A stretch of 64,000 bases of DNA from a virus (lineage: Duplodnaviria; Caudoviricetes). The notes under the pieces are model-generated. The model saw only the letters and a program-made list of their open reading frames with translations, made no database searches and was not told the DNA's origin. Shown piece after piece: positions 26,849-36,841 of this stretch. Location: the IMG/VR virus record IMGVR_UViG_3300025909_000005, one strand, 5' to 3'. The stretch's first letter is position 1. Each line of letters starts with the position of its first letter. The translations under genes and the position numbers were made by a program.

Positions 26849-27859
26849 ATGACACAAGAACAAACCGGATTCCTCAATCACGACTTCCGCACCGCCCTGT
26901 TTCAGCTGGTGGAATACGGAACAACCTCGGCACCTCGCGGCTCCGAGACGAAGGAGATCCTGAACTACAACATCACCCTTCGTAGCCCACGTAACCGCGT
27001 CATTACCTTTCCAGAACGCAAGACAAGCACGAAGTACCTACTCGGGGAGCTGTGCTGGTACCTTGGTGGTGACAACACTATCGAGGGCATTCTCCCGTAC
27101 TCCAAGTTCTGGACGAACATCGTGAACTCGGGCGAGTACGATGGCTACCCGAAGGACACGATCAATTCGAACTACGGCAACCGTCTCTTCGGCCACGCAC
27201 ACATCGATGCCTTCGCCGATCGTGAAGGCCCGTTCAACCAGTGGACTGAAACCATCTCGCTGCTGCGTCGAGACAAGGACACACGTCAGGCGATCATGAA
27301 CATCCACGTTCCAGGTGACCGTCACTTCGGCAACAAGGACGTGCCTTGCACGTTGACCCTGCAGTGGTTCATTCGCGAGAACAAGCTTCACCTCGTCGTC
27401 AACATGCGCTCGAACGACATCATCCGTGGCTTCACGAACGACGTCTTCCAGTTCACGATGCTCCAGGAAATCATGCTCGTGAACCTTCGCGAGTATTACC
27501 CAGACCTCGAGCTCGGCCACTACTACCACAACGCGGGCTCGATGCACCTCTACGACCTGCACTACGAGATGGCCGACAAGATCATCGCAAACCCGACCGC
27601 GTATGACCTCGAGATGATCCCGATGGATCGCTTCGATACAGAGATTCAAGAGGCGCTCCTCGGTGTCGAACGCGTCTGGCGCGAACACGGCTTCCCAGAA
27701 GACGCGATGGACGCTGAAGAACCGGAAGACTTCGATCACGATGCCTTCCACGCACACTACAGCAAGCTGACCCCGTACTGGCAGACCCTCGTGAAGGCGA
27801 TGTTCTTCAAGGACGAGGAAGCCATGCACGCAATGTTTGGACAGGAACACGACGAATGA
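26849..27859 (+). CDS. Thymidylate-synthase-fold enzyme of dCMP hydroxymethylase type
   Basis: TRQAI, catalytic VPCT, MRSNDIIRGFTNDV (Asp where ThyA has Asn), AGSMHLY; a canonical ThyA is encoded separately. Confidence 0.75.
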   Translation: MTQEQTGFLNHDFRTALFQLVEYGTTSAPRGSETKEILNYNITLRSPRNRVITFPERKTSTKYLLGELCWYLGGDNTIEGILPYSKFWTNIVNSGEYDGYPKDTINSNYGNRLFGHAHIDAFADREGPFNQWTETISLLRRDKDTRQAIMNIHVPGDRHFGNKDVPCTLTLQWFIRENKLHLVVNMRSNDIIRGFTNDVFQFTMLQEIMLVNLREYYPDLELGHYYHNAGSMHLYDLHYEMADKIIANPTAYDLEMIPMDRFDTEIQEALLGVERVWREHGFPEDAMDAEEPEDFDHDAFHAHYSKLTPYWQTLVKAMFFKDEEAMHAMFGQEHDE

Positions 27860-28833
27860 CCGCTACGATTGAAGCTCCTACACTAGAAATCAAGACACGA
27901 GCTCTACCTCCAAAGGTATCGACTGTCTCCAAGATCTGGGTAGAGAAGTATCGGCCTAAGCACGTCAAGGACGTCATTGTCAAGGATGACCGTGATCGTG
28001 CTGCCTTCGATCACTACGTTTCAACAGGTGAAATCCCGAACCTGCTCCTCTCCGGTGGGCCAGGAACGGGCAAGACCTCGATGTCTCTCGCTCTCGTACG
28101 TGATCTCGAAGTTGACCCAAGCGACGTGCTGAAGATCAACTGCTCGGACGAGAAGATCGATGCCATGCGGGACAAGGTGAAGAACTTCGCGAACACCATG
28201 GCGATGGGCAAGTTCAAGGTCGTGCGCCTTGAGGAGTTCGACTACCTTGGCCACGACGCGCAGGCCCTGCTTCGCGACCTCATCGAGTCGACTGAGCGGA
28301 ACTGCCGATACATCGCGACCTGCAACTACATCAACAAGATCACGCCAGCTCTGCGTTCCCGGTTCCAGGACTACACGTTCGCGAACCCCAGCGTGACTGA
28401 GGTTGCCATCAAGGTGGCAGACATCCTCGACGCAGAGAAGGTGAAGTTCGAGATCGAGGACCTTGACAAGCTCATCACAGCCGGCATGCCCGACTTTCGT
28501 CGCATCATCCAGTTGGCACAGAAGAACTCGATCGGCGGCAGGCTCGTCCTCGATGGTGGTGGCGCAACCCATGACTGGAAGCTAGAGCTCCTGCCAATGA
28601 TCGAAGCAGGCAACATTTCCGCGTGTCGCAAGCTCGTGTGCGAAACTGCTGGGAAGGAGGAGCTCGTCGACGTCTTCCGCTTCATGTACCAGAACATTCA
28701 CCGCGCGAAGAAGCTGAATCAAGACGAGGCAGTGGTCATCATCGCCAAGTACCAATTCCAACACGCCTTCGTTCAGCTCATGGATCCTGAGCTCAACATC
28801 GCTGCAATGTTCGCCGAACTGAGTCTTTTATGA
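27856..28833 (+). CDS. Clamp loader ATPase subunit (T4 gp44 / RFC-like)
   Basis: WVEKYRPK, LLLSGGPGTGKTS, KVVRLEEFDYL, AQALLR, ATCNY, ALRSR. Confidence 0.92.
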   Translation: MTATIEAPTLEIKTRALPPKVSTVSKIWVEKYRPKHVKDVIVKDDRDRAAFDHYVSTGEIPNLLLSGGPGTGKTSMSLALVRDLEVDPSDVLKINCSDEKIDAMRDKVKNFANTMAMGKFKVVRLEEFDYLGHDAQALLRDLIESTERNCRYIATCNYINKITPALRSRFQDYTFANPSVTEVAIKVADILDAEKVKFEIEDLDKLITAGMPDFRRIIQLAQKNSIGGRLVLDGGGATHDWKLELLPMIEAGNISACRKLVCETAGKEELVDVFRFMYQNIHRAKKLNQDEAVVIIAKYQFQHAFVQLMDPELNIAAMFAELSLL

Positions 28834-29294
28834 GCCTAACAATCCTCTCCTACTGGAACGATGAGAAGGAGTGCAACGTCTACGGCGTCCGCGGAATGGG
28901 CGATGACTACAACGCCTTCTACAAGTCGCTGTACACGCAGTCCGAACCTTCACGTTCAGCCCCTCGAGTCACAAAGCAAGTCTACCGCTCCATGTGGTCG
29001 AAGGACGACTTCCCATGGGACTACATCTGGTTCTACGACACAGAGGATGAACTCAGGTTCCTGGAGTGTTACAATAGCATCATTGAGCACGAAGACTCGC
29101 GCTCGCCCCGGCCACCCAAGGTACAACCTGAGGGATTCACGTGGTGCGGCCGCTGCCATACTTTCCACGAGAATCAACCGCCGTGGCATGAGGTGGAGAA
29201 GCAAATCATAGATAGGCTGGCGGAAGAGATCACCAAGGAAATCGATGCAGAGATCCTTGCTGAGCTGTTGGCCATCTCGAAGAAACAAGAATGA
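28830..29294 (+). CDS. Hypothetical protein
   Basis: 154 aa; C-terminal RLAEEITKEIDAEILAEL helix. Confidence 0.65.
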   Translation: MSLTILSYWNDEKECNVYGVRGMGDDYNAFYKSLYTQSEPSRSAPRVTKQVYRSMWSKDDFPWDYIWFYDTEDELRFLECYNSIIEHEDSRSPRPPKVQPEGFTWCGRCHTFHENQPPWHEVEKQIIDRLAEEITKEIDAEILAELLAISKKQE

Positions 29295-31036
29295 GATACG
29301 AAAAGCAGATCCTCGAAGCCTACAAGCGGATTGAGTTTACGCCTCGCCCTGGCCAGGTGGAAGCCATCGATCAGATCATCATCGCGATGCTTGACGAAGG
29401 CTACAAGAACATCATCCTGTCCGCTCCAACCGGCACGGGTAAGTCTATCATTGCCGCAATTGTGGCTGACGTTGTCCATGAGATCAAGCACCCAGGCCAG
29501 AACGCAGGTGCGAGCTTCCTCCTGACCGCCACAAACGTGCTGGCTCACCAGTACCACGACACCTTCATCGATGACGAGTCGCCTGACGACGACCTGTTCC
29601 ACATCATCAAGGGTGCCGGCAACTACGCGTGTGAGGCCCTTTCCACTGCCGAGGAGCCGCAGAACGCCGAGTCCTGCTCGATCATCATGTTCCGCAAGCA
29701 GGCGATGGACTCGCTCATCAACACCTACTGTGACCGCTGCGAGTTCCAGCGCGCTCGCTCGAAGAAGACCTTCGCACGCCACCTCATCACGAACTACTCG
29801 TGGTACTTCCTCGACCGCATGTATTCGACGAAGCCAATGGAGAAGCGTACTGTCTGCGTCTTTGATGAGGCGCACCTGCTGAACGACCTCTTCGTTGAGC
29901 ACAACGCCATCTTCTTCTCGGAGAAGCGGTTGATTGGGTTCGCAGAAGAGGTGAGTGAGCACCTGAAGGTGAGCCACACGGAAATCTTCAAGAACCTGAA
30001 GATGCTGCGTGAGCACCTTACGGCAGGCAAGATCACCGACCAGAACTACAAGAAGTACCTGCACATCCTGCTGCAGACGTACAAGGACATCTCTGATGCA
30101 GCCTCGAAGGAAGCGGATCGAAACGTCCACAACCACAAGAGGTATCTTGACCTGAGCCGTCTGTCGAAGAAGTTCTTCAACCTCGGCTGCAAGATCGACG
30201 ACCTGGAGATCTTTGAGTACCCGCACGTGTTCGAGTACAAGGAGAAGGACAAGGCAAAGTTCCAGAACGACCACGAGGTTTCGGTGAAGCCAATCTTCGT
30301 GGGTGAGATGTTCGAGGCGCTCGACAACGCAGACCACAACCTGCTCATGTCAGCCACCATCTCCGACCTCTGGGCCAAGCGGACCATGTCCCTGCCTGGC
30401 ACAACGAAGTTCATCAAGCTGCCACCTCAGTTCCCGCCTGAGAACAAGAAGGTCATCTTCTACAAGGCGCAGAACCTGAACTACAACACGATGAAGGACC
30501 CCCAAGTCGTGAAGAAGCTGGCGGCCACCTGCTACGAGATTGTCAAGCACCACACCGACAAGGGAGAGCGTGGCATCATCCTCGCGCCATCCTTCGTCAT
30601 CCTCCAGTCAGTGGCATCGGCTCTTCGTGTGATGAACCCGAAGTACCGTATCTTTGAACAGGAACGGGGACAGAAGCTGGCTGAGGTGCTTGAGCAGTTC
30701 AAGGCGTACAAGGGCCCGGCAGTTATCCTCACGCCTTCTGGCTTTGAGGGCATTGACTTGCCAGGCGACCTCTCAAGGTTCCAGATTCTGTGCAAGGCGC
30801 CGTTCGGTTCGCTTGGCGACAAGCGCGTCGCCCACATCCTGAACGTCTACCCTGACATCTACTCCCTCACGACTCTCATGAAGGTGACTCAGGGCGCAGG
30901 TCGATCGGTCCGTTCAGCTGAGGACTGGGCTACCACGTACTGCCTCGACATGGGTATTCAGCGACTGTGGTCGAAGAACAACGCATGGGCCGATGAATTC
31001 TCTACGTCCTACACTTCACAGTTGGCAGACGACTGA
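29291..31036 (+). CDS. SF2 helicase, DinG/YoaA-like
   Basis: PRPGQ, SAPTGTGKS, Cys cluster, FDEAH, MSAT, EGIDLPGD, KAPF, QGAGRSVRS. Confidence 0.88.
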   Translation: MRYEKQILEAYKRIEFTPRPGQVEAIDQIIIAMLDEGYKNIILSAPTGTGKSIIAAIVADVVHEIKHPGQNAGASFLLTATNVLAHQYHDTFIDDESPDDDLFHIIKGAGNYACEALSTAEEPQNAESCSIIMFRKQAMDSLINTYCDRCEFQRARSKKTFARHLITNYSWYFLDRMYSTKPMEKRTVCVFDEAHLLNDLFVEHNAIFFSEKRLIGFAEEVSEHLKVSHTEIFKNLKMLREHLTAGKITDQNYKKYLHILLQTYKDISDAASKEADRNVHNHKRYLDLSRLSKKFFNLGCKIDDLEIFEYPHVFEYKEKDKAKFQNDHEVSVKPIFVGEMFEALDNADHNLLMSATISDLWAKRTMSLPGTTKFIKLPPQFPPENKKVIFYKAQNLNYNTMKDPQVVKKLAATCYEIVKHHTDKGERGIILAPSFVILQSVASALRVMNPKYRIFEQERGQKLAEVLEQFKAYKGPAVILTPSGFEGIDLPGDLSRFQILCKAPFGSLGDKRVAHILNVYPDIYSLTTLMKVTQGAGRSVRSAEDWATTYCLDMGIQRLWSKNNAWADEFSTSYTSQLADD

Positions 31037-31053
31037 GTGTGTAAAATGACTAC

Positions 31054-32454
31054 ATGGCATTCCACTCAGATGAAGACCCTCGTACAGAGAAGGAACGTGC
31101 CTCACGACTCAAGCAGTTTCGAAAGCAGTTAGCCGATCAGTGGAATCGAGAACACTTCAGGGCCAGCTACAAGTACGCTCCTGAGGACGTCGATTTCTTT
31201 GACGTTCAGATGTTTGAGCGAGAGCTGCTTGACAACATCTTTCTTTGGTACGATCCAATGGCCCACCGTGGCGCAACCCAAAAGAACGGGCTTACCCGTG
31301 AAACGAATCGACTTATCAAGAAGCTTGGCATGACAGCAGCTCCAAGACCACGGCGTGGTCGACAGAACCACACCAAGGCTCGTCGGTACATGCCCAACTC
31401 CTACCCCAAGTACGCAAACACCTCTATGAACGACCTCCCAATCTTCGGCCCTCGCGACCTTCCTGAATCTGAGGTTCTCCTCGGCGTGTATGGCTCTGAG
31501 GACTGGATCGGCGCAGACTCAGCACGGTACCGCCACCTGACGGGCCAGCCGACGGTTCAGCGTGACGTCACCTGGATCGTACCGGCGACGTTCGACCTGG
31601 CCGATTGGGTCGAGGCGAACACGAAGATGTTCACGTTCTTCGGTGCCAACCGCTGCATCGTGCAGGAGGAAGACGGCATGATGAAGCTGTCGTCTGGTCG
31701 TGGGAAGCTGGAGGTCGAGGTCATCGGCGGTCCGCAGTGGGTTCGAGGCCACGTTGAGAAGTTCGACAGCGAGTTTAGCCGTGCCGAAAACCTGATCGAG
31801 TGGGTCTACAGCGAACGGGGTGACACGATCTCCGTGCCACTGAACTTCCGTCCCGCCATCAAGGCCGCGTATCCATGGATCGACATGGATCTGAACGACT
31901 ACATCGACCAGTACCTGGACTCCCAGGCCTCTGTGCTGATCCTCATCGGTAAGCCTGGAACCGGCAAGACGACCTTCATCAAGAACCTCATCCACCGTTC
32001 CGGCGCCGACGCCAAGGTGGCGTACGACGAGAAGGTCATGATGGGCGACGGCCTCTTTGCTGGCTTCATCGACGACGAGTCCCGCTTCCTGATCATGGAA
32101 GATGCTGACGCGTTCCTGCAGTCCCGCACGGATGGCAACACGATGATGCACAAGTTCCTGAACGTCTCTGACGGCCTCATCTCCGCGGCAGACAAGAAGC
32201 TGGTGTTCTCCACCAACCTCGACAAGGTCACCGACATCGACGAAGCTCTCATGCGTCCGGGTCGCTGCTTCGACGTCATCGAGTTCCGCGAGCTCACGAT
32301 CGATGAGGCGAAGGCCGTCATTGCTGAGACCGGTTCTGGCAAGCTGCCTACCGACAAGGACGGCAACGTCAAGAAGAAGATCACCCTTGCCGAGATCTTC
32401 TCCGTGCAACCCAGCGAAGGCAAGGTCAAGAAGGCAAGGCTTGGATTCGTATGA
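31054..32454 (+). CDS. AAA+ ATPase (start uncertain)
   Basis: GKPGTGKTT, LIMEDAD, FLNVSDG, FSTN, DEALMRPGRCFD. Confidence 0.85.
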   Translation: MAFHSDEDPRTEKERASRLKQFRKQLADQWNREHFRASYKYAPEDVDFFDVQMFERELLDNIFLWYDPMAHRGATQKNGLTRETNRLIKKLGMTAAPRPRRGRQNHTKARRYMPNSYPKYANTSMNDLPIFGPRDLPESEVLLGVYGSEDWIGADSARYRHLTGQPTVQRDVTWIVPATFDLADWVEANTKMFTFFGANRCIVQEEDGMMKLSSGRGKLEVEVIGGPQWVRGHVEKFDSEFSRAENLIEWVYSERGDTISVPLNFRPAIKAAYPWIDMDLNDYIDQYLDSQASVLILIGKPGTGKTTFIKNLIHRSGADAKVAYDEKVMMGDGLFAGFIDDESRFLIMEDADAFLQSRTDGNTMMHKFLNVSDGLISAADKKLVFSTNLDKVTDIDEALMRPGRCFDVIEFRELTIDEAKAVIAETGSGKLPTDKDGNVKKKITLAEIFSVQPSEGKVKKARLGFV

Positions 32455-32747
32455 AGATCACCACCCGTCCTGAGAGCGCCATTCACGGGAAGGGCGCCTA
32501 CACGGTTCGCATGACGTACCACCAGCTCGAGCTCATCGCAGCGCTGGTGAATTCAATCCGTCTTGGGCAACACGGCAGCGTCTACAAGCGCGCGGCCTAC
32601 GACCTCCATGGTCTCTTCGATGATGTTTTCGATCAGACTTTTATGGACGACGCCGTTCAAAATGTTGATATAGTGATGTCAGTCGTAGATGACCTCTGCG
32701 AACCCATCGAACAATTCTCTGTTAGCGAGTTCGCAATCGAAGTATGA
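32451..32747 (+). CDS. Hypothetical protein
   Basis: Coupled ORF. Confidence 0.6.
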   Translation: MKITTRPESAIHGKGAYTVRMTYHQLELIAALVNSIRLGQHGSVYKRAAYDLHGLFDDVFDQTFMDDAVQNVDIVMSVVDDLCEPIEQFSVSEFAIEV

Positions 32748-33292
32748 AATCAGTCTACGCAATCGAAGGACTTGACCGTCTCGGCAAGTCGACCCTCATT
32801 CGCGGCATCATGGATCGCGGTGGTTTCTACCAGACGATCCACTTCAGCAAGCCTGAAAAGCTGGCTGTCTACGAGCAAGCGAAGGACAAGAGCCCTCTCC
32901 AGCTCTACCAGGAGCAGAGCTTCCGCAACTCGATGCTGCTCGCCCGTTCCGGTGCGCGGATCATCTTCGATCGCTGGCACCTCGGCGAAGCTGTCTATGC
33001 CCCACTCTACCGTGGCTATGATGGTGACTACGTCTTCAAGCAGGAGAAGATGTTCGCGATGGACGAAGTCCACTCGATTCGCCTCATCCTCCTCGTTGAA
33101 AACTTCAACTACTCGAAGCACTTCGTCTCTGATGGCGACAGCTTCGATGACACGAAGCGGAAGGCTGAGCAGGAACTTTTCTTCGATGCCATGGCAAAGT
33201 CGATCATTCCGGATCGTCGGATCGTGTGCGTTACGGCTGAGGATGGTGGCTTCCGACGCAAGGAAGACATCCTTGAGGAAGCGCTGTCGTGA
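32744..33292 (+). CDS. dNMP kinase (thymidylate-kinase-like P-loop)
   Basis: AIEGLDRLGKST, IIFDRWHLGEAVY. Confidence 0.8.
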   Translation: MKSVYAIEGLDRLGKSTLIRGIMDRGGFYQTIHFSKPEKLAVYEQAKDKSPLQLYQEQSFRNSMLLARSGARIIFDRWHLGEAVYAPLYRGYDGDYVFKQEKMFAMDEVHSIRLILLVENFNYSKHFVSDGDSFDDTKRKAEQELFFDAMAKSIIPDRRIVCVTAEDGGFRRKEDILEEALS

Positions 33293-33735
33293 GCAACATC
33301 GTCATCACCTTCAAGATTGGAAATCCTGTAGAGCAGGATCTCGTGCGCAACTCGTTCAACATCGTAGTGCGCCACATGCACGGCGACATGAACGGCTACA
33401 GCAGCGAGACGCGCTACTACTCGATGCAAGAAGAAGGTGCTGAAGGTGCTGTTGAGCGGGCAAAGCGCGCCGCCTACGTTCTCATGAAGCTGCGCGATCA
33501 TCCAGGCCTGTGGGGCATGCACGAGGACACCCTCTTTCCGATAGTGAAGAAGTATGCCAAGGAAATTGGCATGAAGGGTAAGGAGCTGAAGCAGTTCTTC
33601 GATGACTTCATTCAGCCAGATGACACAGATGACTCGTACGAAGCGTACGCGCTCATCGAAAGCGTAGCCGTCTATTGGTACGACGCCTACGGTCAGCAGC
33701 ACCACGTTTCAACAACTTTCACCCAAACTTTATGA
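33289..33735 (+). CDS. Hypothetical protein
   Basis: Coupled ORF, GTG start. Confidence 0.65.
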   Translation: MSNIVITFKIGNPVEQDLVRNSFNIVVRHMHGDMNGYSSETRYYSMQEEGAEGAVERAKRAAYVLMKLRDHPGLWGMHEDTLFPIVKKYAKEIGMKGKELKQFFDDFIQPDDTDDSYEAYALIESVAVYWYDAYGQQHHVSTTFTQTL

Positions 33736-34106
33736 TCAAACTTGCCATTGGCGCTCCTCTGAAGGAAGTCGCATGCCACAACGTCTACAAGCTCGTCGTC
33801 GAGTTCATGCACGGTGATGCCGACGCCTACACGAAGACCGAGTACTTCTACAGTGAAGATCGGCTCGACGAGCTGACAAAGGACGTTGCCATGCTTGAGC
33901 TGTGCGAGGGCTGGAACTGGGAAGACAGGCTCGATGAATTCGCAGAGCAGGTCGGTCTGTCGAGCGATGAGCTTGAGACGTGGGAAGATAAATTTCGTGA
34001 GTGCGACGCGACGAATGACTGCAACTCGCTGGCCTCGCCTAGCGTCAGCGAGCTCACCTACTTTGGGGATGAAGGCACGGAGTACAGCGTGGACATCATC
34101 AAGTAA
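33732..34106 (+). CDS. Hypothetical acidic protein
   Basis: ATGA overlap; start placed at 33732. Confidence 0.65.
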   Translation: MIKLAIGAPLKEVACHNVYKLVVEFMHGDADAYTKTEYFYSEDRLDELTKDVAMLELCEGWNWEDRLDEFAEQVGLSSDELETWEDKFRECDATNDCNSLASPSVSELTYFGDEGTEYSVDIIK

Positions 34107-34321
34107 TGAAGGTCGTCGCGATCTCAACCCCTGAGGAGGCGCGGGAGCGCCTCATTTCAGCTCGTGACATGGGCTACGTGACGTTCATCTACGATCACGT
34201 GGACCCAAAGCACGAGCTTCTAGAGGAAAGCTTCCTGTACGTCAGCTCAGATGATGAGCTCAAGGAAAAGCTTCACCTCCTCAAGATGGACATCAGCACA
34301 GTCGACCTGTTACGGTGGTAA
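34106..34321 (+). CDS. Hypothetical protein
   Basis: TAATG coupling. Confidence 0.6.
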   Translation: MKVVAISTPEEARERLISARDMGYVTFIYDHVDPKHELLEESFLYVSSDDELKEKLHLLKMDISTVDLLRW

Positions 34322-34354
34322 CATCTTGGGGTCACTGTGTACTAAAATACGAAT

Positions 34355-34777
34355 ATGGCATACAATAACCCCACCCCTGTTGCAGTCGCTGTCATGTTTG
34401 TCGGCGATGCCCTTGAAGAGGCTCGTCTTCTTACTGTCTGCCGCAAACTAGCCCCTGTTGGTGGCTGGGCCCTGCCTGGTGGCTTCGTCGATGAAGGTGA
34501 AACTGCTGAGCGGGCGATCCAGCGAGAGGTTCTTGAGGAGTGCGGCATTCGCACGGATATCAGTCTCTGGGTGCCGATTCAGACGGAGATTACGCCGCGC
34601 AATCAGCTCCTTGTCTTCATGGAATACCTCGCACCTCTCGACGAGAATGTGTTGAGCAACTTCAATGAAAATGACGAGGTCTCTGCTCTCGGCACGTTCA
34701 ATGGTAGCACCACGCTATGCTTCCCACTGCATGACAAAGTGGCTCGTGCTGCTGTCAATTCTTTCCAAACCGCATGA
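34355..34777 (+). CDS. NUDIX hydrolase (ADP-ribose pyrophosphatase-like)
   Basis: YNNPTPVAV start; WALPGGFVDEGETAERAIQREVLEECG. Confidence 0.85.
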   Translation: MAYNNPTPVAVAVMFVGDALEEARLLTVCRKLAPVGGWALPGGFVDEGETAERAIQREVLEECGIRTDISLWVPIQTEITPRNQLLVFMEYLAPLDENVLSNFNENDEVSALGTFNGSTTLCFPLHDKVARAAVNSFQTA

Positions 34778-35301
34778 CCGCATCCACGTTCGGCGCCGCC
34801 TTTGACAAGCTGAGTCACGAGACTCAGCGTCAGTTCATCCACAACCTGAACATGAGGCGTGGCCACTACGCTGGCCTCATGGGCGGGTGTTCGACTCTCG
34901 AGTGGATCAGCCAAGTCAAGGCGGTCATTCTTGGCGACACGCCCGGCCCTGGACGTCCGAAAGACCCGAACTACCACCACACTCCCTTCTACAGCACGAA
35001 GAACTCCAGTCTCTGGATGAATGCCCAGCTCGTAGAAGCCGGCATTGACGAGCGTCGGCTTGCCTGGTTCAACACTACCCTCGCTGATGGCACCCTACTC
35101 GAGCAAGGGAAGGTGACGCAGTTCCTGCCGTTCAATCCGAAGATCATCGTGTTGGGCGGCAATGCCGAGAAGTGGGTGCGATGCGTCGCACCTACACCGG
35201 TCTACACGAAGGTGTTTCACCCAGCTTTTGCGAAGCGGTTCCATTCCAAGGAACCGTACGCGCTCATCAACGAACTTCTCTTTATCAAGGAACTGCAGTG
35301 A
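34774..35301 (+). CDS. Uracil-DNA glycosylase-superfamily-like protein
   Basis: ILGDTPG...PF...WFNT...IIVLGGNA...FHPAF motif order. Confidence 0.55.
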   Translation: MTASTFGAAFDKLSHETQRQFIHNLNMRRGHYAGLMGGCSTLEWISQVKAVILGDTPGPGRPKDPNYHHTPFYSTKNSSLWMNAQLVEAGIDERRLAWFNTTLADGTLLEQGKVTQFLPFNPKIIVLGGNAEKWVRCVAPTPVYTKVFHPAFAKRFHSKEPYALINELLFIKELQ

Positions 35302-35453
35302 TTGCTCTTCTCATGTTTCTTTTCGGTCTGCTCCTCCTTGGAGTTGCCACTCGCATCGTGCCATCGAAGGAGATACTCTTCGTCGGTGGACTGCTGATCA
35401 TCCTCTCACCAGCTGTGTTGATCATCAACCTTCTTCACTCCTGAAAGACCGTC

Positions 35454-35927
35454 ATGACTTGTAAGTGTGGGAACTACACTCGTTTCCTGAGCCTCGGCGG
35501 CAAGTGCAGTGACATGTGCTATACGAGGGTGCCTCACCTGAAGTACGAGAATGATGGCTACGCGCCGCCCATTCCAGGTCTGGGCGGCGGCGACTACATC
35601 GAACTTAAAGTCTGCCTCAACTGCGGTCTCTTGCAGGGCTTCAAGGCGCCGTTCTCCGACGAAGACCTGAAGGTCGCGCTCGACATCGAAGAGGACGAGG
35701 AAGAACCAGACGACAACCTCGTAGAGCTCATCGAGGCGATTGCAGCGATCGACATGCTCCGCTGGACTGGTCAAGATGTTGCCATGGTTATCAGGCAGGT
35801 CTACACCGATTTTCATGACAAGCGCCGCATCGACCTGCTAGAACACTTCCTTGGTGCCAACCTCTGGTACAAGCAAGAAATTCTCCAAGAGCTGAATGAT
35901 CGGCTCGACCTACAAAATGGCGAATGA
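35454..35927 (+). CDS. Hypothetical protein with Cys motifs (possible Zn ribbon)
   Basis: CKCG...GKCSDMC...CLNCG. Confidence 0.65.
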   Translation: MTCKCGNYTRFLSLGGKCSDMCYTRVPHLKYENDGYAPPIPGLGGGDYIELKVCLNCGLLQGFKAPFSDEDLKVALDIEEDEEEPDDNLVELIEAIAAIDMLRWTGQDVAMVIRQVYTDFHDKRRIDLLEHFLGANLWYKQEILQELNDRLDLQNGE

Positions 35928-35976
35928 CCCGGGCAAACTCGGGTATAATCGACCATCAACTAAAGAAAGGCGCATC

Positions 35977-36162
35977 ATGCGTAGCGTATCACTTCTCGGC
36001 CTGCTCTGGCTGGTTCTCTGGATTGCCGGCATCATCGGCTGGGTCCTGAACATCATCGACATCTTCCACATGGCGCACCCGCTTGACAGCGGCTTCGGCA
36101 TCCTGCGGATCGTCGGCATCTTCGTCGCACCGCTCGGCTCAATCCTCGGTCTGTTCTTCTGA
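35977..36162 (+). CDS. Small 2-TM membrane protein
   Basis: SD aaagg; hydrophobic. Confidence 0.65.
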   Translation: MRSVSLLGLLWLVLWIAGIIGWVLNIIDIFHMAHPLDSGFGILRIVGIFVAPLGSILGLFF

Positions 36163-36163
36163 C

Positions 36164-36841
36164 GTGAAGTTCCCTGACGAGTTCCGGCTGGTCACACCAG
36201 CGAAGCACTACTTCGACGATCCAGCATACCCTGAAGCTGTCGAGTACGTTGCCGCGCGGAACGAACTCTTTGATCGCATGGTGAATGGCACGCTCTACGT
36301 GAAGTTCATCGCTGGTGACCGCAAGGGCTCGATCGCGCGGATGGTGCGTGACACGCGCTATGATAAAGATGGCGATGAATACGTGCAGCCACGTGCCTCA
36401 ATCAAGGCGCGGCGTCGTTACTGGAATGATCCAGATGAGTACGAAATCGACTGGTCATGGTTCAGTGGCATCTGCAAGTGGGACAAGCGCAAGAACAGCT
36501 GTCAACTCACGATGCCTGACGCAGATGCAGTCTTCCTGCCGAATTACAACGGACCGACCATCTACGAGATGTTTGACCGAAAGGCGGCAAAGGAAGAGCT
36601 GCTGAAGAACCCAGACCAGACGGACATCGATGGCAACGTGCTGGCGATCGGCGACAAGGTGCTGTACATCAACGCGCGGTACTACGCGGGCATGGAGCTC
36701 TGTCACGGTACTATCCAGGAGTTCAAGGTCACAGCAGACTCGAAGGGACACTCATTCACCACAGTCGTGAAGAATGACGAAGCTGACGAGGTGTCATCCA
36801 TCTCGTACCCGTGGCAAATGATCTACAAGAAAGCAACATGA
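36164..36841 (+). CDS. Hypothetical protein
   Basis: GTG start; coupled to the next gene. Confidence 0.65.
   Translation: MKFPDEFRLVTPAKHYFDDPAYPEAVEYVAARNELFDRMVNGTLYVKFIAGDRKGSIARMVRDTRYDKDGDEYVQPRASIKARRRYWNDPDEYEIDWSWFSGICKWDKRKNSCQLTMPDADAVFLPNYNGPTIYEMFDRKAAKEELLKNPDQTDIDGNVLAIGDKVLYINARYYAGMELCHGTIQEFKVTADSKGHSFTTVVKNDEADEVSSISYPWQMIYKKAT

Noticed and set aside
26849-27859. Calling this a redundant second thyA
   Set aside because: It has Asp instead of the dUMP-specifying Asn and lacks the ThyA N-terminal DRTG motif, and a canonical ThyA exists at 52722-53693
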